A DNA stretch of 64,000 nucleotides from Naegleria gruberi (lineage: Eukaryota), in assembly GCA_000004985.1 (NCBI GenBank), contig GG738896.1, one strand, 5' to 3'. Below, piece by piece: positions 1 through 9,316 of this stretch. The position numbers and the translations under genes are program-made. The first letter of the stretch is position 1, and every line of letters begins with the position of its first letter. The notes under the pieces are model-generated. The model saw nothing but the letters and a program-made list of their open reading frames with translations. It was not told the DNA's origin and ran no database searches.

Positions 1-669
1 AAATGCTCGAACAAGATATGGTAAAGATGGTTCTCTCTGTAATGCAACCAAAGGAAGCTGCTGAGGAAGAATGGAATCAAAGATTGAATGAGGATAAATC
101 AACGCAATGGACAGCTTTATTAGATACCTATCCAAAGTAAGTATTGGAATATCTCTCTCTATTAATTAACACGAATCAGATTGAAAGAATACAGCATGTT
201 CAATTTAAAGTATGTTCATGTGAAGGAATGCCTTGAGAACGATTTTGAATTAAGGAACAAATTTGGATATGTATACACTATTGAAGATGAAGATGACAAT
301 ATTATTTTGTGGATTGAATGTGAAAATGGAGACAAGTATGTGGATAAAGTCAGTCTTAGATCACATTTAAAGAAAAAGCGTTTGAGATCTGACAAACCAC
401 ATTACAAAACAAACTGTTCTACATTTACCCAGCTACTTCTTAAGAGTTTACCATATCAAGCTGAAAAGATAATAGCAAATGGTTACAATGAGGTGGCATT
501 CATAAATGTTGAGGAGGCCACTAAAAGATATGGTGCATTCATTCTTCAAGACAAATACAAGTTGGATTTCAGTAAATTGGGATTAAAGGAATACCAGGTA
601 AAAAAGAATAGAAGTAAGAAAGCAAGTAAGGAAAAGGAAGAAAAGAAATCAGTTAGCAAAAAACCATAA
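1..669 (+). CDS. Hypothetical protein, 5'-partial at the window edge, with a Lys/Glu-rich C-terminal tail. Proposed 43-nt intron at 137..179.
   Basis: The reading frame opens at the window start and runs to 136. A GTAAGT donor sits at 137-142 and a CAG acceptor at 177-179. The splice joins in frame (phase 2) to the track ORF 181..669 (...LDTYPK|K|LKEYSMFNLKYV...), stop TAA at 667-669. No recognised domain. The C-terminus is KKNRSKKASKEKEEKK. Confidence 0.35.
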
Positions 670-1777
670 TTTCCATTGAATCGCCATCACTTGTTGTAAC
701 ATAGCAAAACCCTGTATAATTATCAATGAAAATATTTTGAATATTTGTAAATGAATCAATTTCAAATAGTTTTTTTCCTTGATCAGAAAAAACGTGCATT
801 ACATTAGTTGTACACAAATAAATGCTCTGAGAAATACAATCATAATCCATACAGAGTCCCTCATATTCATATGAAAATGTTTTTGGTTGTTTCCATTCTT
901 GTCTAGAATCAAAAGTGTGAAATCCAATTTCATTATTGTGGTTACCAAGCTCTGTGCAAACTAGACTAAGAGTGTAGGGATTGTATGAAATTCCAAAAAG
1001 AAAAAGGAATGTTCCAAATTTTGGAACACCATGATAAATTTCGTATAATAATTCACCATTAAGAGAATTTAGAAATTTGAAACCCTCCCTTGATCCAACT
1101 ATAATTGCACTCGATCCATTCAATGAATTCATTTCCTTAATTTTCCCCAACATGGGATGTCCTCTCTCCATCAAACTCAATGAAAAACCCTTTCCTATCT
1201 CAGAAATCCACACACATTCCTCAAGTCGAAGTGTAGTTTCCTTTCCAGAATAATCTCCAATAAATCGAGTTAAATCAAACAAAGCAACTCCCTTATTAGT
1301 TGATAATATTGCAACCAATGAATCATTTCTCTCCTCCAAAATTAAAGTAAATGCAAAACTATCAAACCGCACTGTATTCATCACTTTCAATTCCTCTCTC
1401 CTATATTCTCCCTTATTTTCCGTATTCAAATTATTATTATTATGTTCAATACTATTATTAATCATTGATGAAGATGAACAGAATGTAACTCGATTTCCAC
1501 ATTCAATAAAACAAATCACTTGTTCCTCCTTATACATTTTACCATGCAACACATGTAACGTAAAATCTTCCATGGTTTGTTGATTGCATACTATCGTCTT
1601 TACATGCTTAAATTGATTAGAGAAGGCTTTCCGAATAGGTGAAGGCTTTCGGAATTGTTGGATAAGTCTCGGACAAGGCTGAAAATTAAAATCTACTAAT
1701 TGTATAGTACATAATGATGTCGAAGAGGTTTCTTCATGTTTAAAATTGTTGAATTTTCTCTTCTTTGCTTGTTGCAT
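653..1777 (-). CDS. Hypothetical protein, 374 aa, possibly a beta-propeller-like fold.
   Basis: Uninterrupted ORF with ATG at 1777..1775. Globular composition with repeated hydrophobic and Gly/Asp turn patterns, and no low-complexity region. No family recognised. Its 3' end overlaps the convergent upstream gene by 17 nt. Confidence 0.4.
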   Translation of the reverse strand: MQQAKKRKFNNFKHEETSSTSLCTIQLVDFNFQPCPRLIQQFRKPSPIRKAFSNQFKHVKTIVCNQQTMEDFTLHVLHGKMYKEEQVICFIECGNRVTFCSSSSMINNSIEHNNNNLNTENKGEYRREELKVMNTVRFDSFAFTLILEERNDSLVAILSTNKGVALFDLTRFIGDYSGKETTLRLEECVWISEIGKGFSLSLMERGHPMLGKIKEMNSLNGSSAIIVGSREGFKFLNSLNGELLYEIYHGVPKFGTFLFLFGISYNPYTLSLVCTELGNHNNEIGFHTFDSRQEWKQPKTFSYEYEGLCMDYDCISQSIYLCTTNVMHVFSDQGKKLFEIDSFTNIQNIFIDNYTGFCYVTTSDGDSMEIMVFC

Positions 1778-1841
1778 TTTTTTTAATTATTAAATTAATA
1801 TTAAAATCTTTACAAAATTATTAAATATTATTAAATAGTTT

Positions 1842-3109
1842 TTATAATTGTTCTTCTTGTTGTTTTTGTTCTTCAGTAGTGTATTCATAAACATAATCAG
1901 TAATAATTTCCTTAGCTTCATCAGATAAATATTTAGAAATTGCTTTCTGGTCAACTTTAGCGAGAGAATCCCACTCATTCGAATGTTCCTTCTTGAAATC
2001 TGCCAAAATATCCTGAACAAACAAAGCCAAACACTTATTTCTCAATTTAAATGAAGTGATAATATTACCAATTTTGGAAATGGCAGATTCCAATCGATTA
2101 TCATTCAAATATTGAACTATTAAATCGAATACTGGAGTGGAAACAGATTCATTATCAAAGGTTGGCTTTTTGGTTTTTTTTCTAGGTCTTGGTGGCTTTT
2201 TTGGTTGCACAACTTCCTTAAATGCTTCATTCTTCTTCTTGATAATAAATCGTTCTCCCTTTTCCTTTGTGAACATATCTCTGATTGGCTTAATAACCAC
2301 TCCTTCACAGATATTTGGACATGATTCAACGAGTGGGAGGTTGTAGAATAATTGTGGAATTTTGGTTGGATAATTGCAATCGTATTCTAAACATTCTTCC
2401 AAAGTTCCTCTCATCACTTCTTTGGCATATCGAGAAATTCCACATTCAGTGAGTAATTGAATCATCTTGTCATAGGCCAAATAGAATCCTTCTTCCTTCT
2501 TTGTTTCTACATTTAATCCAAATACATAGACATCGAACATATAGAAATCATAATCAGGAGTATAATACACATGTTTTTGAATTGGATATCTTCCTTTTAC
2601 ATTTTCTATTTGATCATGAGGATATTGACCTCCAAAACTATTTCAAGAATTCCAAAATAAATAAATTTTACACTTAAGGACACTTACATTTCTCCATAGA
2701 AATTAGCTCTTCTCACCTTAAAATTATCATTCGAATAGATATCACAAATACTCTTAAAAACCTTCTTTATCTGTTCCTCATATCTATTCCTCACAATCTC
2801 CACAGCCTCAGGAAAGAAATCGTCATCTTCATGAGGTGATTTTTTCTTCTTTTGTTTTTCCTCTTCATCCAATCCAACATATTGTCTTCGGGATGCAACC
2901 TGGCATTGAATATCTTCCACAAGACACGAATTGGCAGTCTGATAATTATCCCTCCACATTACAAAACTAAAATTACATCCATGAATCTTTTCAGAGACAA
3001 CCCAAGGAATTGATGGATCATAATTCTCATCACGGATTAAATTCTTGGCAAATTCTTGATAGTGATTCTCGATGGAACTGTACGCTTTGAAATGATGTTG
3101 ATTCTTCAT
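1842..3109 (-). CDS. ATP-dependent RNA ligase of the Rnl2 / nucleotidyltransferase superfamily (PF09414-like). Two exons, join(3109..2688, 2637..1842), with a 50-nt intron.
   Basis: Exon 1 is ORF 2684..3109 and contains motif I 'EKIHGCNFSF' (KxHGxN, the lysine adenylylation site typical of T4 Rnl2 and trypanosome REL1). The track stop after 'GEM' is really a donor, AT|GTAAGTG. A TTTCAAG|AATAG-type acceptor at 2639/2638 continues in phase into ORF 1842..2570. Exon 2 carries motif IV 'CEGVVIKP' (EGxxxK) and motif V 'FIIKKKN'. Confidence 0.6.
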
Positions 3110-3291
3110 GAGTTTATTGTTGGATGTTTTTTTCTTGTTGATTTACTTGAATTTTGTTGGCGCCAAATGTTGTGAAGTTCAAAGTGCAAACTCAGATTAG
3201 CACTTGAAGTATCACTTGGGATTTGCATTTAATAACTAAGCTCATTGAAATCTCACAAATTACTCACTTTATTTGAAGTTAATAGGAACAA

Positions 3292-4239
3292 TTAAATGGC
3301 AGTTCCAGTTTCAGTCAATTGACCAAGACATTGTCTAGCTCCAACCTTTGAAATGGTTGGCCAAACTTGATTATCAATCTTATCAATCTTTGTCTTGTTC
3401 AAAACAATGACCTTCATATATTGTAAATAATAGTAAAGTTCCTTATCTGATTTTTCACATTCTCTCAATTTCTTATCCAAATCAGAGATGGAACGACCCA
3501 AACAATTCAACTTGACATTTCCTCCCCAAACATCTTTCAACCATCCACCAAATTTGTTCATGGTAATTCTGTCAGAATAAATTGGGACGAATTGATATTC
3601 GAATTTGGTGAATTCCTTTCTAGCAATAAGTTCTGAAACGAATTTTGCAACATCTTCATAATTGGAAATTTCAAATTCTTCATCACCAGTTCCATAGAAA
3701 TTCAAAGCATGTTTCTTAGTATCGACAATGAAGGAAACTTGGAGCAACTTTTCAATAAAGATACCACACAAGATGGAAATCCATTTCAATTGAGTATTCT
3801 GATTCAAGAGTGCGTGAACCTTCTTTCTTACATCAATTCTAGGCAACATTTCTGTATTATCAAGTTTAGTAAAATCAATACTAAAGTCAGATGGAATGTA
3901 ATACTTGACGTTGGCCTTGATACATGATTCAATGACACGAGTTTCAGCTTTCAATTCTTCTTCATGATCGAAAAAGTTCATACAATTCAACACCAAAGTG
4001 AAATCTTTGAGAATATTAACGAAATCTTCACATGAATCTTTCAAGACATCGAAACAGAAAATCTTTCCATTAAGCTTCTTCTCCCATACGTTCAATTTGT
4101 CACGACTTTCGGATGGAACTAACAAGGAGCATTTAACATCTTTTTGATGATTTTCGCACAAGTTTTTGACTATTTGGCAACCAAGATGACCGGAAGCACC
4201 AAGGATTAGGACATTCAAATCAGAGATTTTAGATTCCAT
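3292..4239 (-). CDS. NmrA-like / isoflavone-reductase-like NAD(P)-binding Rossmann protein, 315 aa.
   Basis: N-terminal 'VLILGASGHLGCQIV' matches the GxxGxxG dinucleotide-binding motif of the NmrA/PCBER family. ATG at 4239..4237. Single exon. Confidence 0.55.
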   Translation of the reverse strand: MESKISDLNVLILGASGHLGCQIVKNLCENHQKDVKCSLLVPSESRDKLNVWEKKLNGKIFCFDVLKDSCEDFVNILKDFTLVLNCMNFFDHEEELKAETRVIESCIKANVKYYIPSDFSIDFTKLDNTEMLPRIDVRKKVHALLNQNTQLKWISILCGIFIEKLLQVSFIVDTKKHALNFYGTGDEEFEISNYEDVAKFVSELIARKEFTKFEYQFVPIYSDRITMNKFGGWLKDVWGGNVKLNCLGRSISDLDKKLRECEKSDKELYYYLQYMKVIVLNKTKIDKIDNQVWPTISKVGARQCLGQLTETGTAI

Positions 4240-4427
4240 TGGAAATGATTATGATGTAATTTTTTCTCAATGCAAATATGAGTTTCTTATATAATTGTTG
4301 TCTTTAAAGGAAATCAACTTTTTCATTTTTGGAAAATTAACAATTTTGGCAAGAGTATTGAATTGATAATTTCCATTTTCTAAATAATTGTTAATTGTTC
4401 CAACCCTTTTTTGAAGAAATTCTGGAT

Positions 4428-5591
4428 TCAACAATTATTCATACGGTAAGCAAATGCATACTGAAGAGGAAATTGTAAATCTTGAATTGAATCTTCCTTT
4501 GAACTAATCTCAAAATAAACTAATTTTGCATTTGAGAATTTCATTGCATCATTATATGTGGGCACAAGTTCAGCAATATATTCAGAAATTACTTGTTGAG
4601 AGACTTGTCTTTTCAAATCCCTCTTCATTCCCAAAATAATAAACAGTATGCTATCTTTTCTGGTATCTTCTTTCATTTCTCTGAAAATGTAAAATTGCTG
4701 GTCCAAATCGACAACTTGTTTTTTCATATCCTCAAATGAGGCGGAATCACTCAAATCAAAGCAGAAGAAAACAACACGGGCTCCTCTATAGTAAGATAAT
4801 GAGTTATGTGAAAATTGTGGATCACCACTTGTGTCCCAAATTAGAAATTTCATCATACATTGACTATCGTTAAAGTATTTCGGATAGAATTCCACGCCAA
4901 TTGTTGGACGATATATACTGCTAAATTCTGATTGGTGTAACCTTTTCAAATATTCACTCTTTCCACATTTCATAGGTCCTAACAATGTCACATTATGGAG
5001 ATAGTCAATTTTCTTCTCTGGACGAGATTGACTCTTTCGAATTTCACTCATAAATCTTTCATACAATAAAACATAATCCCGTGGATGCACCATCTGCATC
5101 TGACTCTTCTCGTATGCAACTGGTTTGAAATGTATCCAAGTTTCATTGGCAAGCTTATTCAATTCTTGTCGCCAAAAAATATCCAATCCCGACCAAACGT
5201 TGAAACTCTTTGAAACTCTTTCCATCATTATAACATCAAAGATTGTAAGATAATCCATAATGTGCATTTTCATCTCATCAGGTAATTTGATAATTAAAAT
5301 TCCTAATTTTGTTGTTATTATTGAATTGTTAGTTTCATCATGTATACTATCAATTTGTTGTTGTTCATTGAAATTTTCATCATGATCACAATTAATTAAT
5401 TGATTATTATTCCGATCATCTTGAGAAATTAAATTATTCTCTTCTTGCTGTTCCGATGTGTTGGGAAGACTTTGAACCAATGCTGAATATCTCGCTGATG
5501 AAACCAATTTCCAATGCGAAAATTGTTGATATCTTGAAAAATCGATTACCTTTCTAGTACTACTTGCTGGCGGCACTTGTTTTTGTCCCAT
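4428..5591 (-). CDS. F-box domain protein with a C-terminal Rab-like small GTPase domain that has degenerate G3/G4 motifs. 387 aa.
   Basis: An F-box-like 'LPDEMKMHIMDYLTIFDVIMMERVSKSFNVW' lies at about aa 100-135. The Ras/Rab fold starts at about aa 210: G1 'GPMKCGKSE', switch-I 'TIGVEF', 'WDTSGDPQF' (DTAGQ degenerated to DTSGD), 'YYRGA', and G4 NKxD replaced by 'GMKRD'. Confidence 0.55.
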   Translation of the reverse strand: MGQKQVPPASSTRKVIDFSRYQQFSHWKLVSSARYSALVQSLPNTSEQQEENNLISQDDRNNNQLINCDHDENFNEQQQIDSIHDETNNSIITTKLGILIIKLPDEMKMHIMDYLTIFDVIMMERVSKSFNVWSGLDIFWRQELNKLANETWIHFKPVAYEKSQMQMVHPRDYVLLYERFMSEIRKSQSRPEKKIDYLHNVTLLGPMKCGKSEYLKRLHQSEFSSIYRPTIGVEFYPKYFNDSQCMMKFLIWDTSGDPQFSHNSLSYYRGARVVFFCFDLSDSASFEDMKKQVVDLDQQFYIFREMKEDTRKDSILFIILGMKRDLKRQVSQQVISEYIAELVPTYNDAMKFSNAKLVYFEISSKEDSIQDLQFPLQYAFAYRMNNC

Positions 5592-5811
5592 TTTTTGTAA
5601 TGCTTTCCTTTACTAGCATCACACATGGTAGAACAAACAAACTCGGCTTGTTACCTGCCTGGATGATCCTTCCACCCGTTAGTTACCTTAATATTTTTCA
5701 AATTGTCTTCTTGCAAGGCTTGTAAATTTTTTTGGCGAACAAGACTCTGCGGTAATTAAGCTTGAACTATTAAATGATTGGAAAGATATAAAAAATAATA
5801 AAACAATCATC

Positions 5812-6606
5812 ATGATGATGAAGATGGAATGTCCACTCATGTTTCTTCAAGAGGAGGTGGGAGAATTCAGTACCACTGTATATTTCAGAGTAGCAGCATC
5901 TCAATCCGAACACCAACTCCCAACTAACTATTTTGAACCTATAAGGAGTGAGGTAATTATTGATAGTTACTTTGAAATTCCACCCTTTTGCTTACTAGAG
6001 GTGGATGGTGATTGGCCAATGGCAAGACTAATCTTTTCAGATTTGAATACATGTAAAGAGGACTTTATTTTGAAGAGTAAGAAACGAGAAGGCAACCAAA
6101 TCACTGACGATTCACTAGTTCACTTTAATGTTAAACATTATGGCAGTAGCACAGATCTTGTGAATGCAATTTTGGAGAATAAGAAAGATAAGTTAGCATT
6201 TGTGAAATCTAGTGTTTGCCAACGATTCATTGCCACCACTCACATTCTGAGATATGTACTGCAACACAAAACAGACCCACAAGTTGAATTGCAACTGTGC
6301 AGTCTAAAGATTGGACTCGAGTATTATAATTTCGGTAAGATTAAGGTGGGAAGAAAGTGTGATGCAAATGAAATGGAAACCTTTTTCAGTCAATTGAATC
6401 CAATGGAATTGCAATACATTATTCCAGCAAATAGTCCTGTTATTAGAAAAATGCAAAGTGAAAAATCCCTCCTTCTCCAGACCATACCATCCTCTCAAAT
6501 CTACCACTTTATAGACACATCATTATCTGAAAGTCCTCTTCACTTTAAACATGAAAAATTTAATGACATTCTATTAGAAACTCTAGAAGAAGTTTCTGAA
6601 TACTGA
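5812..6606 (+). CDS. Hypothetical protein, 264 aa.
   Basis: Clean single ORF from ATG 5812, no low-complexity region. No family recognised. Confidence 0.35.
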   Translation: MMMKMECPLMFLQEEVGEFSTTVYFRVAASQSEHQLPTNYFEPIRSEVIIDSYFEIPPFCLLEVDGDWPMARLIFSDLNTCKEDFILKSKKREGNQITDDSLVHFNVKHYGSSTDLVNAILENKKDKLAFVKSSVCQRFIATTHILRYVLQHKTDPQVELQLCSLKIGLEYYNFGKIKVGRKCDANEMETFFSQLNPMELQYIIPANSPVIRKMQSEKSLLLQTIPSSQIYHFIDTSLSESPLHFKHEKFNDILLETLEEVSEY

Positions 6607-6687
6607 GAATAAAGTAATACAACATGTGAAAGTAATATATTTAAAGTTTATATTCACTTCAAATATAGTATTATTTCCATAAAAAAT

Positions 6688-7593
6688 TTAAGCATTGAAA
6701 CCAGCAGCTCTAACAACTTGTGCAGAGGTGTATGATGAAACACTGAATCCAGAATCATTAACTTCGAAAACACCATTAGAGTAACTCTTAGCCAAAACCC
6801 AATGTCCACCATTTCTGACGTTCAAAATGACAACCTTTCCTTGACAGACCCAATTGATAATAGCTTGCTTATCAGTAGTTTGTCCAAGATAATTGAATCC
6901 AAGTCTAGAAACAGCTCCCCAAACAAACAAATTTCCATAATAACCTCCATTCTTCAACAAGTATTGGTTCAATTGACCTGGGTTCATTGAACTCTTTCCT
7001 CTACCATTCAAAGCAGAACAAACTGAATTCATCAAACAACCAACTTGACAAATAGTGGAAGAACTTCCAAGTCTATCACCACCCCATCTAGAATCACATT
7101 GTTTAAAGAGTGGATAATTGTAATTTTGTCTACAACCAGATGTAGAACCACCACCACCACCTCCATTTTGAACAACAGTTAAGAAATTAGAGGCAGCATA
7201 ACCAGTTCCAAAACTACCAGAAACCTTATACCAAGTATAACCACATCCACTTTGGACTTCACCAGTGAATTTGACAACTTGACCATTTCCAAGAGTAGTA
7301 ATAATTGATTTACCAGTGCATGGTCCACTTCTGACATTCAAAGCAGTGGTTGCTTTCAAGGAAGCTCCACTAGCAATTGATGAATCAGATTCGGCATCTG
7401 ACATTTCGAAATCTTCTTCAGATTCGGATTGAACACTTTGAATGGCATTAATTGGAAGATCAATAGCGAAATTGGTGGCCAATGAAGGTTCTCCAACCAA
7501 TTTGACACTTCTATTGTTTGGATAAGCACGTTGACAAGAGACAACGACAGCAAATGTCAAGAGCAATAAAATTCCCACGAAGATTTTGTTCAT
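6688..7593 (-). CDS. Secreted protein: signal peptide, then a bacterial-type SH3 (SH3b) domain, a Gly-rich linker, and a papain-like cysteine peptidase of the C39-like family (Peptidase_C39_2/CHAP-like).
   Basis: The likely true start is ATG 7593..7591 ('MNKIFVGILLLLTFAVVVSCQ', a signal peptide). The track ORF begins 22 codons earlier at a non-ATG. SH3b-like region: 'ALNVRSGPCTGKSIITTLGNGQVVKFTGEVQSGCGYTWYKV'. Linker: 'GGGGGGSTSG'. Peptidase region: 'DSRWGGDRLGSSSTICQVGCLMNSVCSALNG' (catalytic Cys in a Q..CG.. context) and later 'NGGHWVLAKSY' (catalytic His). Confidence 0.5.
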   Translation of the reverse strand: MNKIFVGILLLLTFAVVVSCQRAYPNNRSVKLVGEPSLATNFAIDLPINAIQSVQSESEEDFEMSDAESDSSIASGASLKATTALNVRSGPCTGKSIITTLGNGQVVKFTGEVQSGCGYTWYKVSGSFGTGYAASNFLTVVQNGGGGGGSTSGCRQNYNYPLFKQCDSRWGGDRLGSSSTICQVGCLMNSVCSALNGRGKSSMNPGQLNQYLLKNGGYYGNLFVWGAVSRLGFNYLGQTTDKQAIINWVCQGKVVILNVRNGGHWVLAKSYSNGVFEVNDSGFSVSSYTSAQVVRAAGFNA

Positions 7594-8008
7594 TTTTTTT
7601 GTGATGATTTTTTGGCAGTTGAAAGGTTGAATATTAAAATCAAATTGCTGCTCAGCCAATACGGATAATAAACATGAACGAGATGGTAATGAAAGAATAA
7701 AAATAGAATGTTAAATAATTGGGGCATTATGATATTGAGGGGGCATTGAAACGAATCGAATAGAAAATGTGCATTTATTCCAAACAAAATACTAAGTGAT
7801 GCTTGAAAGGTAATCTTGCGCTGGAGTAACCGACAACATGATCTTGAAATGCATGCTTGTTGTTTGAAGAAGGTGGTTATTGTAATAGTTTGTGATTGTT
7901 CAAATGGATGTTAGATAGAGAAATTTCAATCTTTTTGCATCTACAGTTCTATCAAATAACTTCTTTCCAATATTCGAATAAGATTTTTACAAAATATACA
8001 ATAGGATT

Positions 8009-9085
8009 TTATGCCTCCTTGTTTGGAATTGGAGATTCAGATGGATATGTTATCTGTTCGTTTGGAGCCTCAATTGAAAACATATCTTTACCATTATAAA
8101 TAAATTTCTTACTCTTGTACATGTATTCATATTCATTCCTAAATGAATCTGCAATCTGACACCACAATGAGGCATTTTCCTCAATATCAAGTTCAGTTTT
8201 TCCATCCAACCATATCAGTGCAATTCGAATCTTGTCTCTTAATGATTCCATTGTGGCAATCTCTGAAAAGATAAACGTCCTGTTTGTAACTGTATCCTTC
8301 TGGCAATGTTCCTTTTCAAACTCTTGTTGATAAATCTTGGGTATCGACATTTTAGCCCACAAATGATACAGGTAATTCCTAGCTGATTTGTAATCATTCA
8401 ATTCTCCATATTCATCTGTGAGTGAATCAATATCAAAAGAAAACCAATCGATTGGCATTTCTACTTGTTGTCTACTTCTCATTGAAGAAGACAATGGTTT
8501 GAAATTAAAAACTGGAAAATCTCCCAAATCCAATTCATCTAACATGTCTGCACTTTTCCAATACTCTTCTTCCTTTTCAAAGAAATTAGATGAAAATCCT
8601 AGAGGGCTCTTCTTATCATTACAAGGTGATCGAACATATTCATTTGGATTACTAAATGGAAATCTATTATCCCATTCCTTCTTTACAGATCTGACACTAT
8701 TCGATCTCTCAATAGGTTCACAAGCCCACCTCGAAAGTAACGACGAATTCATCGTCATTGTTGATGAAGAAGGTACTGAAGATTTAGATCTTTGAGAGGA
8801 GTAGGATCTCGTCGATGGAGAGGTAGAATACATAGTCCTAGTGGTACTTGGGTTGGATCGGGATTGAGTCTTATTCATACTATTAGATTCATACCCGATG
8901 GGATTATCAAATTTACTCCTAAATTTAGCTAGTTTTAGTCTCTTCTTTTGTTGGTAGGTGAGTTGTTGTTGTTGTGCTTGTTGTTTATCCATGCTGTTCA
9001 TTCCCTTAAAGGTTTGTAGGGGTGGCGGTTGTAAATGTACAAGATGTTGATGATCCGACCTCTTTGATGACATTGTAGTGGTCAT
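8009..9085 (-). CDS. Hypothetical Ser/Gln-rich protein, 358 aa.
   Basis: ORF with ATG 9085..9083. The N-terminal half is low complexity (poly-Q, S/T-rich); the C-terminal half is globular. No family recognised. Confidence 0.3.
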   Translation of the reverse strand: MTTTMSSKRSDHQHLVHLQPPPLQTFKGMNSMDKQQAQQQQLTYQQKKRLKLAKFRSKFDNPIGYESNSMNKTQSRSNPSTTRTMYSTSPSTRSYSSQRSKSSVPSSSTMTMNSSLLSRWACEPIERSNSVRSVKKEWDNRFPFSNPNEYVRSPCNDKKSPLGFSSNFFEKEEEYWKSADMLDELDLGDFPVFNFKPLSSSMRSRQQVEMPIDWFSFDIDSLTDEYGELNDYKSARNYLYHLWAKMSIPKIYQQEFEKEHCQKDTVTNRTFIFSEIATMESLRDKIRIALIWLDGKTELDIEENASLWCQIADSFRNEYEYMYKSKKFIYNGKDMFSIEAPNEQITYPSESPIPNKEA

Positions 9086-9316
9086 GCTGATTCGTTATAT
9101 TATTATTATATGATAGTGGGTGTAACGGTCGTTTTAAAAATGATGATTGAGGGTGAGAGGTAAGGTGGTGTCCTTTTTTTTTCGTTGAAAAAATCGTTAC
9201 ACGATGTTGCTGTAGTTCAAGCATGAACTATGTGACATTACCGTAACGAATGGTTGCAAATCAAGAATGGTTTGAATTCGCGAATAAGAGTAAAAAGGAA
9301 TAATGGTAAGGAAAAT

